NCBI GenBank assembly: GCA_946965045.2
Contig: OX337234.1
Coordinates: 3,782,001 to 3,846,000 of the forward strand
Direction of reading: 5' to 3'
DNA length: 64,000 nt
From: Epithemia pelagica
Taxonomy: Eukaryota > Protista > Bacillariophyta
Positions 1 to 11,400 of this stretch are shown piece after piece (position 1 is the first letter of the stretch; the number at the start of each line of letters is the position of its first letter). The notes under the pieces are model-generated. The model saw nothing but the letters and a program-made list of their open reading frames with translations, did no database searches and was not told where the DNA came from. A program made the position numbers and the translations under genes.

Positions 1-1204
1 GCCAGCGTGCATGTGTTGGTGGTTGTCCTCTGGTCACCACGATTCAAATTTTGTGGGCAACCCTCCCGTCCTCGTCTGTCACAAAACACCAAAAACCGAG
101 CCAAATGCTTGACCATGACGTGAGGTGAGAACAATGGATGCAACATGCTGGGCTGAACCTGAACTGCTTCTCACTTCTCACTACTGTGGCTTATTTCTAA
201 TCTTCTTGTTTCTTTTTCTTTCTTCTCACTCATCACTGCTGCAATCTTTCCTCTTGTTCATGCATGATCCTTTGGCTTGTCTCTTGTTGAACGAGTAGAC
301 AAGGAACAAGCCGCTTGATGTCAACTGGAGTATCTTACCCGTCTCATTTGTTGATGTAGGAATAATTGTTTTGTTGTTTGATTGTTGGTTGGTTGCTTTC
401 ATGTCTTCTGTAGGATAGATGATTCACTATCGTCATAGGTCGTAGCATCATCTCATTTCTCAATGACCGAACACTTTGTTGTTTTTGCTTCAAATAGATG
501 GGAAGCCCTCTTGCTCTTGCCACACCCTACTTTCCATGTCTATCAGTTCATAGAGTCAAAAGTTGTAGCTGTAGCGTGTGAGAGCTGCTTGTGTTCATGG
601 TGAAACTGAGAGTCATTGCCATGCTCAAAACAGAAAAGAGATCTGCAACGAATTCAGAATGCACTGAACTCTACGAATGAATAGCACTTGAGTTCTATTT
701 CTACTCCTAGAATATAAAGAAAACAATGTCTGCAGTCTGTTTATGAATCGAATGAAAGTTATAGAAAATCCGTCATTTCAACATGTAGAATGGCACGTAA
801 TGAGCTACCCAGAGACACAACAGATGATCGCCTCTCTTCCCATGAGCAGAGCAAACAAAAGTGACAAGTGTCAGTGATCAGTGAGCATGAGCTATGTAAT
901 TGTCATGGCAATTGGCAACGGATCACACTCACCTGGAATGCCATTCGTACGATGTGCTTCGGCAACAAGAGAAAAGAGAATTGTGTGCTTGTCATTATGA
1001 ATTATGGAGCAACCAGCAGTTATCCACGCACGGCCGCTTGCTGGGCATGCGTCTGTTTCAAACTGTGAAAACTCCAGCTGGGTATGCGTGCCAATTTGCC
1101 ATTTGATCATTTCTATTTGTCTCAAAAGCAAAAAATGATGTCTGTGTCCACCTGGGAACCTAAAATGATGGCACAGACAAAAAACAGCTAAGCAGTGGAC
1201 ACTG

Positions 1205-1555
1205 ATACCGAGGGATTGAAATTCGAAATTCGTTGTCTCATGTTTGTTTTTTTCCCAATCGGGAAGGGCGCACCACAAAAAAAACACGGCGAGATATAAG
1301 GGTGATATGAAGAGCAAGCAGAGAAAGGAAACAACAATAACAACGACAACACACCAGGTACAGGCACCACTCTCCGTCACTTTCGGCGTAAAAGGCGCTC
1401 AGCGAGATACCAAGTGGGGAATTGAAATTGTCTTCTTCTTGCAATTTACGATACGATCAGGATCTAACCAACGAAGAACGAACAGGCAGCATTGACGAAG
1501 AACGCAGTCTTTGCTGCCAGTTTCCAGCACCATTGTATCTGGAGTGAGCGCATAA
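1205..1555 (+). pseudogene. 5' fragment (upstream region plus first codons) of the membrane-protein family at 1919-3123, in inverted orientation
   Basis: 1205-1290 matches the reverse complement of 4030-4110, and 1285-1555 matches the reverse complement of 2870-3140. Peptides agree (PLSVTFGVKGAQRD..GIEIVFF vs PLSLTFGAKGAQQD..GIEIVLF). Homology stops at about 1555. Confidence 0.65.
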
Positions 1556-1780
1556 ACGCTTGATGCGAGTTTCTTGAAACCGAGGTGGGCACTCAACATT
1601 TACGGCCCGCCCGGCTCGCTGGTGTTTTTGTATTTTGTATTGCCCAATGTCTGATAAAAACTTATGATATACATGATGTATAGAAAATTAATAAGCCCTA
1701 AATTTTTGCTAGATTATAATAATATTATACAGCTCCCCCACATCCGCGACTCGAAAAGATTTGTGCCTTTCGCAAATGCT
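1555..1780 (+). repeat. Dispersed AT-rich repeat X, copy 1 (inverted copy at 8170-8447)
   Basis: Blocks such as GCCCGCCCGGCTCGCT, TGTATAGAAAATTAAT, CGCAAATGCTAT and CTTGATGCG are shared with the reverse complement of 8170-8447; diverged, with indels. Confidence 0.7.
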
Positions 1781-1918
1781 ATGGAGCGCTACCCCCCTGT
1801 TTGCTGGAGAGATAAATACTCCAGTAGAAGGCATCTGAAATCAAGGTGGTACGGCATGGACAAACAGAACCACGAACAGTTGCTCTCGTTAATATATTCC
1901 GTTGGTGCGACGAGGAAA

Positions 1919-3123
1919 TCATGGCCAAGTCGTCCCGTCTCTCAACAGATAGGCATCCATTCGGTCCATAAAACAACCGTCTTGATCATCCTGGTCAGGC
2001 TTTTCTAAAGCCATTTTGCTGTGTTGCACAAGCTGATGGAAGGTGCAAGATTCCAATGTTGAATCCTTGTGGTGGACCGGAGGCATCCACCAATTCTTCT
2101 TGTCGTCGTTTCCGTGATGATGGCGATTGCACCACTGATTCAAAACGGCTTGGGGCGAACGATTGTCCTCGTGCGAGTCGTCGGAATGGTAGTGTGTACA
2201 CAAGCGTTGTCGCGTTCGATCATTGTCCCCGGTATCGGTTCCAAAGCAATGAGATCGATCCGTGTAACCACTCCCCGTTGGTAGTAGGGTCCAGCTCGTG
2301 GAACGAAAAGTGTCACTACTCTCTGGAGGATTGGTATGGTCGTTCATATCTTTTGGTTGCCGCCAAACGACGGCCAACTGGGTGGACTCACCGTGCATGG
2401 CATGGTTCATGAGTTGCGCGGCTTGTCGGCGGGGTAAGCAGAGAAAGGAGTACATGGTCGGTGGCAAAGCTTCTGCTGGTGACGACGACGAGGAGTGGTT
2501 GAAGGTTGGAGATTCCCATTGGTACACTGTGACAGGGACGACGGTGGCAGCACTTGTATATGCCAAGTCCTTGTGTGGCAAACGACCCGTTGTAGAGTCG
2601 CATTCAGTAATAGCTTGCCTAATTGTGTGATGTTGGACAAGTCGCATCAGTTGTACTCCAGTGAAGAGATTGACAGAGACTTGGAGGAGTACAACGACAA
2701 GCAAGGCGATGATTCCATGTCGCAAGTGACGGTTCGTTGTTTCCAACGCTCTCATTTCTCGAATCAAATCCCAAAGCACTCGTAGACTCTGTTGAGGTTC
2801 TGCAAAGGCGGCATCAACGGAAAGCCTCCGTAAAGTTGCTGTGTCTCTCCCTTGAGTGCATGACACGTTGTGGGTGCTCACTCCACATACAATGGTGTTG
2901 CACACTGGTAGCAAAGTTTGCTGCTCTCGGCAAACCATACTGCGTTCGTCAAAGCGGCTTGTTCGATTGCTGCGATGGATTGCGAAAACAAGACAATTTC
3001 AATTCCACTCGTGTTGTCCTGCTGAGCGCCTTTTGCGCCAAAAGTGAGCGATAGTGGTACCGGGTTGTCGTTGTTATTGTTGTTTGTTGTTTCCTTTCTG
3101 CTTGCTTGCTTCATCACGCTCAT
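1919..3123 (-). CDS. Uncharacterised single-pass membrane protein; 5' part is in a different frame (intron or frameshift near 2900-2940)
   Basis: 339-aa ORF 1919-2938 with hydrophobic helix GIIALLVVVLLQVSVNLFTGV; overlapping upstream ORF 2878-3123; paralogous fragments at 1205-1555 and 7810-8011. Confidence 0.5.
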
Positions 3124-3142
3124 TTCTCGCCGTGTTCTTTTG

Positions 3143-4031
3143 GGGAATAGGGAAATGAGGGACTTTTAGAGGAACATATAGAAGGACTTTCGGATAAATA
3201 GTTTTTTTGGTTGCTTCGAAATCCTCCAGTTGATTGCCGTGTGTCCTTGCCATTGCTCTCCTACGCCTCATCCATCCATACCAAAGCATCCATTGTCGTC
3301 CCTCCCTGCAATCTTCGTTCGTTCCATCATAATCCATCTCCAATGACGATCATCTCGTCGCGACCTTCCACCCCCAAAGTGGAAGTCTTTCCAAATGTTC
3401 TTGTAGGTCGATCAAACTCGCCAACTCAATGCCGCCCTTTTCACCCATCACGGTACACTTGATTCTGAAGACTCCTTGATGGTCGGAGGAGTGCTAGGAC
3501 CTTTCGTTGCAGGTGCACACCGGCTTGAGTGTGCCATTGTGGTGTTATGCAGTGCAAAATGACCGTAGTGGTCTTCCTACGAAAATAGAATCACTATAGA
3601 GAAAACAGTGGAGGCCTTGAAAAGCACGGGCTACTGCTGTAACAATGTCAGTCCGGTGGAGCTCGTATCGTAAGTAGTATTGTGCCCACAATTCGTTCTA
3701 GTAGTGTAAGGGGATCAAAAGTTTTCCCGAAAGTCTCTCAAAAAGCTATCCTAAAACTCCGAACGTCTCTCAAAAAGCTATCCGAAAGTCTTTCATTTGA
3801 CTTTGAGAGACATTCGGGGAAACTTTCGTTTTTAGGGATAGGGTTAAACTTGGGAATGCAGTTGAAGTGGCACTGACAAGACAACTAGGGTCATTTTCTT
3901 TAAGAAGAGTCAATATGGAAGAGTAATGGAGACATCGACGGTCACTGGATGGTCTGTCCGAATGTCAGTCTAATTTTTGAAAGTTTCTCCGAACGTCTGT
4001 CATGAAAGTCCCTCATTTCACTCCTCTCTAA
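3143..4031. mobile_element. Non-autonomous TIR DNA transposon (MULE-like), 889 bp
   Basis: 9-bp direct repeat GTTCTTTTG at 3134-3142 and 4032-4040; subterminal inverted GAAATGAGGGACTTT (3152-3166 / 4005-4019); internal CCGAA(A/C/T)GTC motif arrays; the paralog at 1268-1292 shows the empty site. Confidence 0.75.
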
Positions 4032-4480
4032 GTTCTTTTGTGGTGCGCCCTTCCCGATTCGGAACAAAACAACAAAATGAGAGAACGAATTTCAATACCA
4101 TTTTTGGTCTTGATTGGAATTGCCCCAATCCGTTGAAAGCCAATTATAACGTCATCCGTTATATGCCATCCTAATGGCCTAAATAGTTTGTGCTCAAAAA
4201 CCTTTTCACGCTTAACGGTAAGTCAGCCAGAATAGGAGTGCCGTCGCACGCTCACTTTTTGAAGGACCCAAACAGCGGCAGATTCGTTTGATCACAAGTG
4301 GGAGCGAGACCATCCGAACCTTTCGATCCTCTTGTTGTTGCGAGAGTTTTGGTCCGTTCATGACATGGAATGTGCCCCTTGAACAACACATGGTGCGTAA
4401 CGCGAGGTGTCGTGTGTTGCCACGAGAGAAGGAATAAGCGCTTCGGGCATTTCCAAACAACGACGAAAGCAGCAAAAGTG

Positions 4481-7400
4481 TCATGATTCTGGACTCCCAT
4501 TCACATCGTCCACCAGCAGTTCCTGTACTTGGGACTTGGAGGCCGCATCGATTCGGGAAGAACTGAACGGTTCTCGTCCTCGCAGTGTCGACCCAGTCTT
4601 GTTGCTGGTGAAGTTGTTTGTTCCATCATGGTCGGACGACACATTGTGTGCTTGCGACAGGGCCTCAACCTTGACGATTGCACCCCATTCCTGGTACAAA
4701 TCCATGACACGTTTCACATGGAGTTGGGCCGTACCGTGCGCATCTTGTGGTTCCTGATGCGACGACAACAAAAAGTCGACCAAGAGTTCATTGGTCATGG
4801 CACCATAATGGATCAATCCACTCCGGGCGAGCATGACAATGACGCTTTGCCACATCTTTTGAACCTTGGCCTCATCCGATACATTTCGTCGTTCTGCGGT
4901 GGCCTCGTAGGCCTCGAGCCACAGTCCGAGTGGAACCGTGTTAAGATTGGGTCGTTCCTTGAACCATTGCAGTGTCTGAATGGCATGTTTCCGATACGAT
5001 CAATTGTGCTTCTCCTTGCCCAACCAAAACCCCACCAAACCTTGCGCGAGCATACAAAAGTAATTGTTAAAGTAGTTGAGTTGAAAGATGCGATTCTCTT
5101 TGGGAATGCTCAACACTTTTTGAAAAGCAGCTTCGGTAACTTCCATGTCTCTCATGATAAAGGCATTGAACATTTGGGTACAATTCAGTCCCAACGCAAT
5201 GTTTGGAACGGAAATTTCTTCACCATCCTTGGTATATCCATGCTGTGCAATGACTTTCCAGCTAATGGTCACTGGATCCTTGGATTGACCCGTAAGATTC
5301 ATGGCCAGTTGGAGGGTTGGTAAGACGAGACCCAAGGTAAATTCACAGTGCAAAATCTTGAGTTGCTCGGCAAACTTGTGCAAGTCCGAAGCCAAGGCAT
5401 CCAACCTCAGTCCACTTCCCTTGTAGGCATCCACATAGGTGGCCAAACAGGCACTGGCAGCAATCAATTCTCCCATGGCCAATCCTCGTCGATAACCCGC
5501 CAAGGAGGTTTCCAAGAGCGAGGCCGAGGGCAGTTTTTCATGCAAGACGGACGCATAAGCATGCATAATGGCATCGGGTGGAATCTCTTCCTTTTTTTGC
5601 GCCTGGAGTCCAAACTGCGTCAATCGGTATCCTTGTTCGACGTCGCCCTCTTGGTCTCGGACCAAGGCTCCAAAGGCGGTAAAGGCAATGCCCGTGTATT
5701 GGTTCTGTCGCGATTGGAGTGCGAGACGAAACACTCCAAAGAACACAAGTGCAACAAGTTTCGATTGCTATGCCATCCACAGACCGATGCACTCATGTAG
5801 GTTTTCATGGCGAGCAATTTGCGGTGGTCTGCTTCCGTTTGTTGGTCAAAGAGCGCCGCCAGTTCTTGTTCCGATTTGCCCTCGACCAACCGTTTGGTTT
5901 GCCGGAGTTGACGGGCCACGACCCGTGGACGAGTGGCGGGCAGACATTCGCCACAAAATTCCAAGGCTTGTTTGGCATCGGCCAAGGCCAGGTCAAATTG
6001 CATTTCCGAAGTTCGTATTTGGGAGCGTGAGGCATAGGCCACAACAGTATCTTGTGCCTGTTTCGCATATTGTAAATTGAGTTGGACTGCGGCAATCCCA
6101 TCTGGATGGCGTCCTCGGGCGGTTTCCAAGGACACTATGGAATTGTAAATGTCCAAGACCAAGTCGTAGGAAGCATCCCAATCCACGTCGTGTCGCACCA
6201 ATTCCTTGGCCTGGTCGAGAAAGAGGCCCGTGAGATCCAATCCATGACGATCTCTTGCCATTTGTGCCGCTTCGTAATTCAGTTGCATCAACCAGACTCG
6301 TTCCTTGTCGTTCATCATTTTCGGGGAGGCTCGTCCCCGATTGAGTTTATCCGTGACCAAAAACAAGTACTTGGCTCGCGACAAGGTGCCCGATTCAATT
6401 TGCTGGTACACGTATTGACCAATCCACCAATGAAAGTCATTCCGTTCTTTTCCTGCCGGAATGAGTTCATAGGCCGTGCGTTGAATTTGATCATGGGTTA
6501 ACCGATACAATTGAGTGCCACGGGGTTCCAAATAATTTTCCTTCACCAAGGCTTGCAAAATGTCCTCCAGAGTTTCGTCATCCGTTTCTTCTTTTTCATC
6601 TTGTTCCGATGACTCCTTCTCCTCCTCTGCCTTGTTCTTTGAAGGTGGGGGATCGAGATTTGCACCGCTAGTCGTTGTTTCATCTGGTTGTTCTTGTTTT
6701 TGTTGTTCCGTGACGTGATGATGCTGATAAATTTGATGCAAGACAGTGACATCGACGACATGGCCCAAACCCGCAGCCCATTGCAAAACTTGACGTCGTG
6801 CCGGTGACAATCGTTGTTGCATGGACTGGGTCAAGAGTGTCACAACAATGGGCGTGACATTTGTGGCCGATTGAATCTGCGTCACATTCCACTGCCACTG
6901 ATGCGTGGCATAATTGAATTGCAAGAGACGATTCCGTTGGAGGACGGCGAGGAATTGACCGACAAAAAAGGGATTGCCCAAGGTTTTGCGATAAATCAAG
7001 TCCACCAACGCATGTTTGCTATTGTTGTTGTTATTGGTGTCGGGAGGATTGCTTTTATTATTATGAGTGGTGGAGGCAATGGTTGCAGTATCCTCCTTCT
7101 CCTTCTCCTCCTCCTTCTCCTCCTCCTCGTTTTGTTCCAATCCCAACATGTGGCAAATCCACTCGGAGGTTTCGGTGCGACTGAGATTACCAATCGGCAT
7201 GTCGTGCACATTCATGGGCCATGCGGGTTGGCCAGGATCCTTGTTTCGTGTGGTTTCTTCGAGCCATGTCTGAAAGCGGGCATACGAATTCTGGCTCGTT
7301 CCTTGAGATGCTGATGGTTCCTCCTTTTCGTCATCTCGATACAAGCCAAGGAACAGCAAGTGATGAATTTGTTGGTACTGGAGCAAGACTCGTAAAATGA

Positions 7401-7743
7401 TGAGCGAATCAGTATCGGCCCATTGCAAATCGTCCAAGACCAAAATGGTGGGATGCTGGGAAGAAGACAAGGTACTCAAAAAGCAGGCCATGGCAATGGC
7501 CAACAAATGGGGCGGCATGACCATGAGTTTGCCACTGCTGCCGCCGTGTGGTTCTTGTGGTGGTTGTTCTTGTTCTTTTTTATTTTTCGTTGGCATTGGA
7601 TCATTTTTGTGCTTGTTCTTCTCCTCTACCTCCAGTTCTTTAAGAGAAGGCATGAGTCGTGCCAAGACATGGTAGCATTCCGTTCCCATGGATTGTAGTA
7701 AAGATGTGTGGGTCGTACATCCCCTATCTTTTGCCTTATGCAA
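4481..7743 (-). pseudogene. STAND-class NTPase with TPR-like C-terminus; 5'-truncated, frameshifted and with a nonsense codon
   Basis: Walker B ILVLDDLQWAD, LLFLGLYRD, KTLGNPFF, LTHDQIQRTAY; no Walker A in the ORF; frameshift near 5737 (CSL/GVFRL); in-frame TGA at 5000-5002, after which the same frame continues (SYRKHAIQ...LYQEWGAIVKV). Confidence 0.8.
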
Positions 7744-7809
7744 ATGTATCGTACGTTCCCTTCTCTAGTGTGGTACTAGCAGGAGAATGTGGTGGGGCCC
7801 TGATGCCTC

Positions 7810-8011
7810 TTGAATCCAATACCCTCCCATTGACCTGGAACGTCACATTAGAAACAAAGGCCAAAGCCAGCATAATCTCGCCACGTTCCATCCGCTTGTG
7901 CAACACTGCCAAAGAGTCATGACCAAGCCTGACCAGGATGATCCAGACGTTTGTAATGTGGACCGAATGGATACCTATCTGTTGTTGACAGAGGCCATGA
8001 CTTGGCCGTGA
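7810..8011 (+). pseudogene. 3' fragment of the 1919-3123 membrane-protein family
   Basis: TFHPLVQHCQRVMTKPDQDDPDVCNVDRMDTYLLLTEAMTWP* aligns with TFHQLVQHSKMALEKPDQDDQDGCFMDRMDAYLLRDGTTWP*; in-frame stop upstream. Confidence 0.75.
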
Positions 8012-8169
8012 TTTCCTCGTCGCACCAATGGAATACTAGAACAAGAGTAGAAACGCCATGTCTAGTTCGTTTCTGTTTGTTCAGGTCGTGCCCCTTTCAG
8101 TTCGAGACGACAGATTGTCATTTTGTGCTGAGCTATTATTGTGTGAGATGGTAGTTACTCCTTTCTCTC

Positions 8170-8447
8170 TAATAATAGCATTTGCGGACGGCACAAGAAT
8201 CTTCTGTATTTGGGGGAGAGATATAAACTGTACTGCGCCTCAATATAATGTAGCACAAATTGAGGGCATATTAATTTTCTATACAACATGCTTATCAGCA
8301 ACTGGGCAATACGAAATACAAAATACATAAACAACTACCTAGGGGTTCATAGCACGAGCGAGCCGGGCGGGCAGAGAATGTCGTGTGTCCACGGAAACTA
8401 GCCTTGGTTTCAACAAAGTCGCATCAAGCAGCGTTTCAATTCAACGA
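8170..8447 (-). repeat. Dispersed repeat X, copy 2
   Basis: Reverse-complement homology to 1555-1780. Confidence 0.7.
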
Positions 8448-8496
8448 GCCTCAATAAGCCTCAACGCAAAGCCAGTCATACCCTTTCGAGCTTCTA

Positions 8497-11400
8497 CTAT
8501 AAGTGGTCATGGAAAACTTCATCTCTCCGAAGGAGACTTGTTTCCGTTCCCTTGGCATTCGGGAATACCGCATCGAGATCCTCCTCGACCGAAACGCCCA
8601 ACCATGCACTCAAGGCAAACCATATCGATTCCCAAGACAGTGTGGGAATCATTCTTCCATTTCCAGCGTTTAATGGACCAGTCAAATCAGCAGGGTATTC
8701 CCCAAATACCTTTCCCCCTTTAATGGCGCCACCCAAGGCGAAATAATGGCCAGCCCAACCTTCGCCGGTCTCATCCTTGTCATTGATGGGCTTCAGCGTG
8801 CGTCCAAATTCGGACAATACCAAGAGTGTCACGTTATTCCATAAGCCAGCTTTCTTGGTATTGTGCACGAAACAATCAATGTATTCGTTAAGATCTTCAA
8901 ACGCTCTGTCCAAATGAGCCTTTGTTCTTGAATGTTGATCCCAACCATCCATTTGAACATAGATCAAGTCACGGTCACTACCTCGCGCACCACGGGTGTC
9001 CATATATTGCACCGCTAGGTTCAGTGATTTGGACCCACACGATTTATCGGGGCGTTTCGCGTTAGCAAACGCATCCGTGAGCCATTCATTATGACTCAAA
9101 GCACGCACAAAGGACGCGGACCACAAATCGCCGAATAGGTTGCTTGATATCTTATTGACGTTGTTGAGTTTCTTCATGGCAGACAAAGGATTGTACGACT
9201 CCGACTCGGGCTTGTCATTGAACACCTGTGGTCCTTCTTGACTCATTACTACAGGCGCATGTCGCGCTGTTTCATTGCCTTTCACTGCGAGGTATAGTTT
9301 GTCCAGCGAAAGTGTTTGGGCATTGTGCCCATAGTCGTTTCGATTAAGAACGTGCGCCAGGCGTGCCAGTACTCCAGATGGGGGACCTTTGTTGTTTGGA
9401 TCAACATTTTGAGCTTCTGTAAGCATCGAGGAGCTATCAAAAAGTTCTGTTGTCGTTACTGTACGCCACGTCTCGCGGTCTGCGAGCTTGTTTATCATAC
9501 CGGCATTCAAGAAAAAGCTTAAATCACCCTGCTTGTAGAGGTTCTGGAGAACTGGTAATTTATAATGAACGGCAAAGCTTTCGCATGCTTGATCTTGTCC
9601 GTGCACATCGATTCCAAGTTTCCGTTCACCCTGATCGAGAGCATTTGCAGCGCGTTCCGCAATGTATTGATCAAGCACTGTGACTCCGTCGTCATTTGTT
9701 CCGATGCATGAATGTGGAACAACCAGATTGTAAGTATCACAACCACCCGCAAGCATTAATACCACGAGTGCTTTGTAAGGCGTTGTTGGCTCAGTTGTCT
9801 TTGGTTCGGTTGTTCTCGTCTCGCTACCCGGCAAAATCGTCCCAGTGCTGTGGAAAGCTGACGATGACGATATTAGCTGCTCCGCTTTGACTATACCAAG
9901 TAGTGGATCAGATTCTCCAGCAACGACATCCTTGATGAGCTCGTGATGTTCCGCGGATAGTCGCCCGCTTGTCATCAGGGTAGCGAGTTCGTCGACAATA
10001 CCACTGGGAGAGCTGGCATCGCTGGGGACATAGACAGCTCTGCTCGACATGTGCTCATATTTCCCTGCAACCCGTGATTTACAAGTCTCCGGGCCAGCCC
10101 AATTGTCAGTCTCTCCAAATCCATCAAAGCATCGGTCAAAACCATACTTTACCATGGCTAAAAGACCATTCATTGCTCCAATGATATGGAAATTCGTGTG
10201 GACTTCCGCTTCCGGCGACAAAAGTCTTTCCACGTTCTCCCCTCTAGGATGGAAATAAGGATTGAAAAAGCCGTAGCTACTCGGGGCTTGATACGCCATC
10301 TGTCCAATCGTTGCCTGCATATCCTTGGAGAATCGCGGGTACGGAAACTGAGGCGTGGGCTGAAACTCCAGATTTCTCATCAAACCTGTCACTTTTAGCA
10401 AAGGTTCTTTCAAAGATCCATGAACGGGGTCGGCGTCTAGTATGAGACTTCGCGCTTCACGGTCAAGAAGGGTCGCAGCAACTGCAGCTTTCAGGTCTCC
10501 GTACGAACCATCACCAAAGATTGTAGTGCTTTCCCCGTGATGATACTCAAAGCGGCCCTTTTGGAAAGCCCACGCAATGGCCCTGACATATCTCAGTGAT
10601 GGGTTACTTGTTCCAAACCGCTGGGCTAAATGAAGCGCCAAGAAGGGGGCGGTATTCTTGTGGTACAAGAAATGATCAATCGCTGCATCAATCTCGTACT
10701 GAGCGTCACGTCGCGTAGGTTCCGCAAGGGACATGAAGTGCACAGGGTTACGGAAGGCAATATCTGTAACTCCTAGGCGCGCCACGGAGAGAACATTCTT
10801 CCGGAGTTGAACAACACCAAATTCGTCCTCAACTTCGAAGATGGTATCTTCAGTAATGGTACCATCGACTGCATGCATAATCACGGATCCAACAGTTACC
10901 GTTCTATACGATCCACCCAAAATATCTGGTGAGTAGGCTCCCACAGTAAGCAACGAAAGAACTTCTTCACGACTGGAGGGCATCGAAGTGAACGCTTGCT
11001 CCTCTGTAACTGTGACGTCGCACATACAGTACCCATCCATAGACATGGAACATCCCTCGTTCATTTCACAGTTAGTGATCAAATTGGTAATTTGATCGCC
11101 CCCAGTATAGTACTCGACTCGGAAGAATGTCTTATTATCTTCTTCTTCATACCCTCTTTCTCGATCTTCGTCCATATCTTCTTCAGGCAGCTCGTGGACA
11201 ACAGCAATCTGACCACTGCTATGAATCTTGGCTTTCAACTGACACGTCGAAAAAGGTGACATCCAATAGTAATAACGGCCTTCGCATGAAGTCCCTTCAC
11301 AATTGCGGATATCCAGTTTTCCTGTGGAGCAGTATGCTTCTCCACTTGCATCGGCACAGCGTGCACCTGCGACGGCCGCTTTTACTCGTTCGCCCCAATA

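Noticed and set aside
3831-3846. TTTAGGGATAGGGTTA as an interstitial telomere
   Set aside because: Only two degenerate units, inside the transposon.
4529-7314. + strand ORFs (4529-5323, 5348-5800, 6082-6501, 6814-7314)
   Set aside because: Antisense shadows of the STAND pseudogene.
1555-8447. Inverted repeats X as TIRs of a 6.9-kb Pack-MULE
   Set aside because: No TSD, and the flanks do not rejoin into one sequence (left is a gene fragment, right is the DUF1501 3' region).
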